The position numbers were made by a program, and so were the translations under genes. Positions 14,922 to 19,966 of a stretch of DNA of 19,966 bases are shown piece by piece. The stretch lies in the NCBI GenBank assembly GCA_049472335.1, contig JBLIRO010000082.1, positions 1 to 19,966 of the forward strand, given 5' to 3'. Below the pieces are notes generated by a model that was given only the letters and a program-made list of their open reading frames with translations, was not told where the DNA came from and did not search any database. Origin of the DNA: a bacterium (lineage in GTDB: Bacteria; SZUA-182; DTGQ01; JAFGSM01). How positions within the stretch are numbered: the first letter of the stretch is position 1; each line of letters opens with the position of its first letter.

Positions 14922-17900
14922 TTATCTCACTCTCGCTCTCGGTGTCCCGCTCGCCTCGTTAGAGTGAAGCGACTCAACACCATTGGTGACAGAAGTAACC
15001 ACGTAATAGTAAGTCACACCATTGGTCAGGCCAGAGTCGGCATAAACCGCATAACCTGTTACATAACCCTCCACGATCAAGGTGTAGGGACCGCCCTGTG
15101 TTGTACTGCGATAAATGTTATAGCTTTCGGCCCCGGCTACCGGCGTCCAGACGATATCAACCTTACTGTCTTTGGCACGCGCAAACAGGTCAAAGATAGT
15201 TTGTTCTGGCACAACACTTGGCTCAACCGTCACCTTCAAAGTGTCACTGCCACTACCTCCATCCTTGTCGATGACATTGGTGGTAACGGTGTAGCTGCCG
15301 GAGGCTGAATAGGTGTGGCTACCTTCAACAATGCCGCTGCCATTGCTTTCGGTAAGACTGGCAGATTCGACAATACCATCACCCCAGTTGATGGTAGCGG
15401 TGTGGGTATCCTCCACACCCGGATCACTAAACGTTGCTGGCAACAGGCTGATGCTGATACCTTCGGTTGTGGTCTGGTCAGGTCCGGCCTCCACAAAAGG
15501 TGCCACGTTGTTTACTGTCACCGTTGTCGTATCCGTATCCTCGAGCAGGCCGTCGGTTACCTTAAGCCCTATCGTATAGGCACCGTCATCTATTCCTTTG
15601 AAATTCGGGCTTACTCCGTTAGCGTCATCGTATTGCCCGTCATTGTCAAGATCCCAGGCATATGTAAGCTCATCTCCGTTCTGGTCTGATGAGCCGCTTC
15701 CATCAAGGGTCGCTACACTTCCTTCATTCAGTATGTATGGACCTCCTGCATCTGCAACAGGCGGGTCATTAGGGGGAGCTTCTACAGTAATCATTACAGT
15801 ATCAGTGCCACTTAACCGGCCGTCACTTACTGTCAACTCGAAGGTGTATTCGCCCGGTGTCATAACTTTGCATGTTGGCGTTGAAGAGTCAGAATTATTC
15901 ACCGTTACCGATGGACCGCTAAGCTGCAGCCACCTGAAGGTTATGGTCTGTCCGGGGTTAGGATCGGATGAGCCTGATCCATCTAAAGTGACCACTGTTT
16001 CAGAGGCCACTGTCTGATCAGGGCCGGCCTCAGCTACCGGCGGCAGATTTCTGGCAGCAGTTTCCTCACCGTATACAGCAAGGCCTGCCAGGGTTGGATA
16101 AACATCAGCCTCAAAAGAGGTCAGCAGTTTGCCTGTCTCAATATCAATCCTGTAAATCTTGCCGGGGTAGTAAAGGGCCGTCCAGAAGGATGTCCCGTCC
16201 GGATCAAGATTCATGGCAAAGAAGGTACCCTGGTCATTATATTCTGACCTAGGATAGGTCCGGATAATAGCACCCGAGGCGCTGAGACGGTAAACCTCAT
16301 TACTGCAGGCTGCTATTACCTCACCATTAGGTCTTATTCGCAGGGCAAAGCAGGGTCTATTTAAACCGGTTGCAAAATCAGGGAGTTGCTCGTCTTTACA
16401 TATATCATAACGCTTAATAGTGCTCCCTTCTGAAGAATAAAACATGGTGCACTGGTCAGCAGACAGGTCTATCCAGTCTATTCCCCTGTCCTCACTTATG
16501 GGGCTGAACTCCTTGAGCAGATCACCCTCAGTGTTGAATTTTCTTAGCCACTCAGGACCGTAATCATTTATCTCACCTGAATAGATATTGTCATCCGCAT
16601 CGACCACACAACTCTCAGGATACATCCAGAACAAGGTATCTCCCCATGGATAAGCCAGCAGACCGCCCCTTTTTGTGAATTTACTCATAGTCTTTGCATT
16701 AAAATTGGTCGTATACATGTTATTAGCTGAGTCAAAACATATGCCGGTAGTTTCACCACCCCTAAGTTCTCTGGGATTGTATGAGTCCAGTACCTGAAGC
16801 AGGTTTCCATCATGGTCAAAGTGATGGACCTTGCCATCACCGGCACCGGCCAGCACGTCTCCAGGCTTAAAGGATATGTCCTCATCAAGGTCGGCATTGT
16901 AAAACTCATCGCCTTCAAAACTTGCAGTCAGGCGGTTTTGAGTGCCTTCAGCAATATTGAAGGATGCCTTTGCAATACCCATATCGTCGGTGATGGCACT
17001 AACCGTTTCTGAGCCGAGGCTGAAGGTTACGGACCTGCCTGCCAGAGATAATGGCTGGTTAGGATCAATATAATGATAGCCAACCAAGTTGTAGTAATCA
17101 TAAATCCGGGCGGTTACCTCCACTTCTCCAGTATCGGCAGGGTCAACACCTTCCAGTATATTAAGCAGGCTATCCCGCTTAGTGACTGTAATAAGCAGGC
17201 TATCGCTGGTTGAAGCCCCATCCTTGTCCGTTATGGAAACAGTGGCCGTATAGACTCCAGGTGAAGAGTAGATGTGTGGTGCATTGATCCTTTTGCATTC
17301 GGGTATACGGGCAGTCTGACCATCGCCAAAATCGAAATCACACACCAGGGTTGCTTGATCATCCTTTCCTGGGTCCGTTGCGTAGGTATTAACACCCCAG
17401 TCCAATCCCCAGACCTGGGTCTTATCAGGTCCTAAAAGAGGTGTTGTTGGGGGCAGGTTTACGACTGTTACTGTTTTGGTAAGCTTATTGGTCAAAAGCT
17501 GGCTATCCATGACAGTGACCGTTACCGGGTACTCGCCGTTATCATTGAACGAGGCCTTAGCGGTGTTAGAGACAGTGGAGACGGGATCCCGATCCGGAAA
17601 CTCCCATTGCCACTGGATAACAGAACCGTCCGGGTCTTCCCCAATACCGGTAAAGGTAACTTGATCGCCTTCACCGGGCGGTTCAGGCGACCAGCTAAAG
17701 TCCACTGACGGAAGCCCAAGTACCGTGTAGTCTACAGTATCCGTACTTTTTAATCCGTCACTATCGGTGACGGTCAGGGTTACAGTATACTGCCCGGGCC
17801 CTGAGTAGGTATGTACAGGGTGCTGTTCATTTGAGGTGATGCTATCACCAAACACCCATTCCCAGGCCACAATATCACCATCCGGGTCAACAGAGGCATC

Positions 17901-19966
17901 ATCAAAGGGAACAGCCGGCCCGCCCAGATGTGAAGAAAAGACCTTGAAGTCCTCAACCTGTATATAGTTATAGCCAGGGATTTTATTATTTTCAATAAAC
18001 AGTTGAACATATTTGGCTTCTACAGGTGGGAAACTGAACCAATGGCTACGGCGGTCTCCTGGCAGTGAGTCCCTGAGCACAGTAGCGAAATCAGCATCAG
18101 CCAAGGTTTTATTGGAGACCCGGATCTGGAAATCTGTCACCAGTCCTTGTAGCTGGACCCGATCGATTAAATGCGGGCCTCCATCGATGAGCAACACCTT
18201 GATCCACTGGTTGGTAACCTGCCCGTTTTCGGTACGCCATAGAGTTGAGGGGCTAAAATCAATGGCCTTCTCAGCACCATAGGCAGCACTTTGCTGATTT
18301 GAATAGCCCACAACAAAGGCTCCGACCCCTTCCAGCCGGGCAGCATTAGCACCATCCGGCGTAAGTACCTGGAAAGTGGATACATATATACTCCTGCCAC
18401 CGTAGTTCTCTTTTACAAACAACTGCACATACCTTGCTTCCACTGGAGTAAACGAAAACTCTTGCAGATCGGTGTTGTTGGCTGCAGTACCGGTGAAAAC
18501 AGCGGTAAACTTACTATCATCGGCAGTTGTCGAAGAGACTCGGATCTCGAAATCCTTAATCCCATAATTGGCTTGCGATGTCTGTAGCCTTACCCTGTTG
18601 ATGGTGTAGATTTTGCCTCCGCCAAGCTCCACCTTCACCCATTGATCGGTAGTCTCGTTGTAAGCAGAGTACCAGGCAGTTGCGGGACTATCGTCCAACA
18701 TATTCTCCGGTGATAAATTACCAGCCCAGCCCGAAGACCCAACAACAGAGGCCTTTGGCCCCTCCAGCAGGGAAACGATCCCGCCTTCGTGATCGCGGGT
18801 CCACACCTGAAAGTGGTCTGCCAGGGTGTAAGACTGATATCCCCAATTACTAATAATAAACAGTTGAACATATCTGGCGCGGACCGGGGCAAAGGTAAAC
18901 TCGTGAATTCCATCTTCCTGGGGCACCGTTCCGGAAAAAACTGAGACAAAATCGGTATCATCTGTTCCTGTAGTCGATACCCGGATTTCAAAATCCTTTA
19001 CATAGTAGCTGCATGCACAGCCTCGTAGTGATACACGATCTAGGACCTGATCCGTCTCACCAACAAGCTTCACCTTGATCCACTGATTGGCCGGTGAACC
19101 AAAGGGCGTTTGCCACCCACCGCTTTGGCCATCAATGGCCCGCTCCGGCCATAATCCGCCAGAGGAGTCAGCAACACTGGCCCCGGTTTCCAACTCGGCC
19201 ACATTCATGCCTTTAGCTATGGATATTGCCGCCTCAGGGGCTTCGTTAATACGTACTGACTGGCTAAGGCTATCTGAGACACCGCTGTCGTCCGTGACCG
19301 TCAGGGTCACCGTGTAGGTGCCCCCGCTCACATAGACATGGGTTGGATCTTGTAATATGCTGATCGAACCATCACCGAACTCCCAGCGCCAGGTTACGAT
19401 TGCACCAATACGTGCGGTCGATTTGTCCGTAAACTGGATCGGCTCGTCCAGGCTGCCCACCAGGGGTGAGAAAATAAAGCCGGCAATGGGCGGCGCATCA
19501 GAAGTAGCTGGATTGCAATCGTCGTCAAGGCCATTGTCAAAGATCTCTGCCAGGCCAGGATTCACATTCGGATCGGAATCATCACAGTCGACACGGTTGT
19601 CAAAACCATCATGATCATCGTCGACAACGATGAAGATGCTAAACGATTGTGAGGAGTTGTTTCCATACGGGTCACTGATCTGCACAATGACATCATTGCC
19701 GGTCTGTGGCTGACCGGCAGGCGGTGACCAGGTAATCAGGCCTGTATCCGGATCTATACTCATGCCGTCCGGGGCAACCAGTAAGGAATAGGTCAGCGTA
19801 TCCCCATTGGGATCCGTTGCCTCCACATCATAGGTATATACGGTGCCCTTCTCCACTTCAAGCGGTGGTGTAGAGGTAGTGAAGGGGGTTAAGCCAAAGA
19901 CCGTCACAGGCACAGTGACCTCACCCAGACCAGGTGCAAAGGCCCTGATGAAGGTGTTCCCGTCCC
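14922..19966 (-). CDS. Large surface or secreted multidomain protein, 5'-truncated by the window edge: Ig/cadherin-like (He_PIG type), MopE-like motif, PKD domains, 3 x F5/8 type C (discoidin), NHL/Vgb-like beta-propeller, PKD/Ig domains, C-terminal FN3
   Basis: The frame stays open from the listed GTG at 19913 to the window end (...DGNTFIRAFAPGLGEVT), so the true start is outside the window. Motifs include ATDPNGDTLTYSL...GMSIDPDTGLITW, DCDD...PG..E..DNG.DDDC, W.W.FGD...H.Y...G.YTVTLTVTD, QWIKV.L...DF.IRVS...ARYVQL (x3) and W.PV.GA.SYNIYRS...GLTNG.TYYY. Confidence 0.9.
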   Translation of the reverse strand, partial: DGNTFIRAFAPGLGEVTVPVTVFGLTPFTTSTPPLEVEKGTVYTYDVEATDPNGDTLTYSLLVAPDGMSIDPDTGLITWSPPAGQPQTGNDVIVQISDPYGNNSSQSFSIFIVVDDDHDGFDNRVDCDDSDPNVNPGLAEIFDNGLDDDCNPATSDAPPIAGFIFSPLVGSLDEPIQFTDKSTARIGAIVTWRWEFGDGSISILQDPTHVYVSGGTYTVTLTVTDDSGVSDSLSQSVRINEAPEAAISIAKGMNVAELETGASVADSSGGLWPERAIDGQSGGWQTPFGSPANQWIKVKLVGETDQVLDRVSLRGCACSYYVKDFEIRVSTTGTDDTDFVSVFSGTVPQEDGIHEFTFAPVRARYVQLFIISNWGYQSYTLADHFQVWTRDHEGGIVSLLEGPKASVVGSSGWAGNLSPENMLDDSPATAWYSAYNETTDQWVKVELGGGKIYTINRVRLQTSQANYGIKDFEIRVSSTTADDSKFTAVFTGTAANNTDLQEFSFTPVEARYVQLFVKENYGGRSIYVSTFQVLTPDGANAARLEGVGAFVVGYSNQQSAAYGAEKAIDFSPSTLWRTENGQVTNQWIKVLLIDGGPHLIDRVQLQGLVTDFQIRVSNKTLADADFATVLRDSLPGDRRSHWFSFPPVEAKYVQLFIENNKIPGYNYIQVEDFKVFSSHLGGPAVPFDDASVDPDGDIVAWEWVFGDSITSNEQHPVHTYSGPGQYTVTLTVTDSDGLKSTDTVDYTVLGLPSVDFSWSPEPPGEGDQVTFTGIGEDPDGSVIQWQWEFPDRDPVSTVSNTAKASFNDNGEYPVTVTVMDSQLLTNKLTKTVTVVNLPPTTPLLGPDKTQVWGLDWGVNTYATDPGKDDQATLVCDFDFGDGQTARIPECKRINAPHIYSSPGVYTATVSITDKDGASTSDSLLITVTKRDSLLNILEGVDPADTGEVEVTARIYDYYNLVGYHYIDPNQPLSLAGRSVTFSLGSETVSAITDDMGIAKASFNIAEGTQNRLTASFEGDEFYNADLDEDISFKPGDVLAGAGDGKVHHFDHDGNLLQVLDSYNPRELRGGETTGICFDSANNMYTTNFNAKTMSKFTKRGGLLAYPWGDTLFWMYPESCVVDADDNIYSGEINDYGPEWLRKFNTEGDLLKEFSPISEDRGIDWIDLSADQCTMFYSSEGSTIKRYDICKDEQLPDFATGLNRPCFALRIRPNGEVIAACSNEVYRLSASGAIIRTYPRSEYNDQGTFFAMNLDPDGTSFWTALYYPGKIYRIDIETGKLLTSFEADVYPTLAGLAVYGEETAARNLPPVAEAGPDQTVASETVVTLDGSGSSDPNPGQTITFRWLQLSGPSVTVNNSDSSTPTCKVMTPGEYTFELTVSDGRLSGTDTVMITVEAPPNDPPVADAGGPYILNEGSVATLDGSGSSDQNGDELTYAWDLDNDGQYDDANGVSPNFKGIDDGAYTIGLKVTDGLLEDTDTTTVTVNNVAPFVEAGPDQTTTEGISISLLPATFSDPGVEDTHTATINWGDGIVESASLTESNGSGIVEGSHTYSASGSYTVTTNVIDKDGGSGSDTLKVTVEPSVVPEQTIFDLFARAKDSKVDIVWTPVAGAESYNIYRSTTQGGPYTLIVEGYVTGYAVYADSGLTNGVTYYYVVTSVTNGVESLHSNEASGTPRARVR

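Noticed and set aside
19911..19913. GTG at 19913 as the real start of the second giant gene
   Set aside because: The frame is open to the window edge, with no signal peptide or RBS at this GTG; the gene starts outside the window.

Overview
Bacterial accessory region, tentatively Desulfobacterota-like (low confidence), dominated by two very large modular cell-surface or secreted protein genes on the minus strand. The first is a complete 2402-aa protein (570..7778): signal peptide, Cys-laddered beta-helix, FN3/Ig, three repeated modules of [8-blade PQQ-type propeller + Kazal + acidic Cys-rich motif], and a duplicated GW...GKGYWI C-terminal domain. The second is a 5'-truncated protein of more than 1680 aa (14922..>19966) with Ig, PKD, three discoidin, propeller and FN3 domains. 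Between them lie a lemA + DUF2207 pair, an orphan livM-livG-livF ABC transporter fragment preceded by what looks like only the last codons of livH, and an App1-family phosphatase that is probably a lipoprotein. The most striking non-coding feature is that the divergent promoters of the 2402-aa gene and of lemA are inverted ~55-bp copies of each other (46 of 56 aligned columns identical) flanking a 181-bp asymmetric spacer. The left end carries a sigma54-like promoter layout with a long, hairpin-rich leader. A TGATG-N9-CATCA palindrome occurs in two intergenic regions. I saw no rRNA, tRNA, CRISPR array, transposase or reverse transcriptase. Family assignments come from motif recognition by eye, not database searches.
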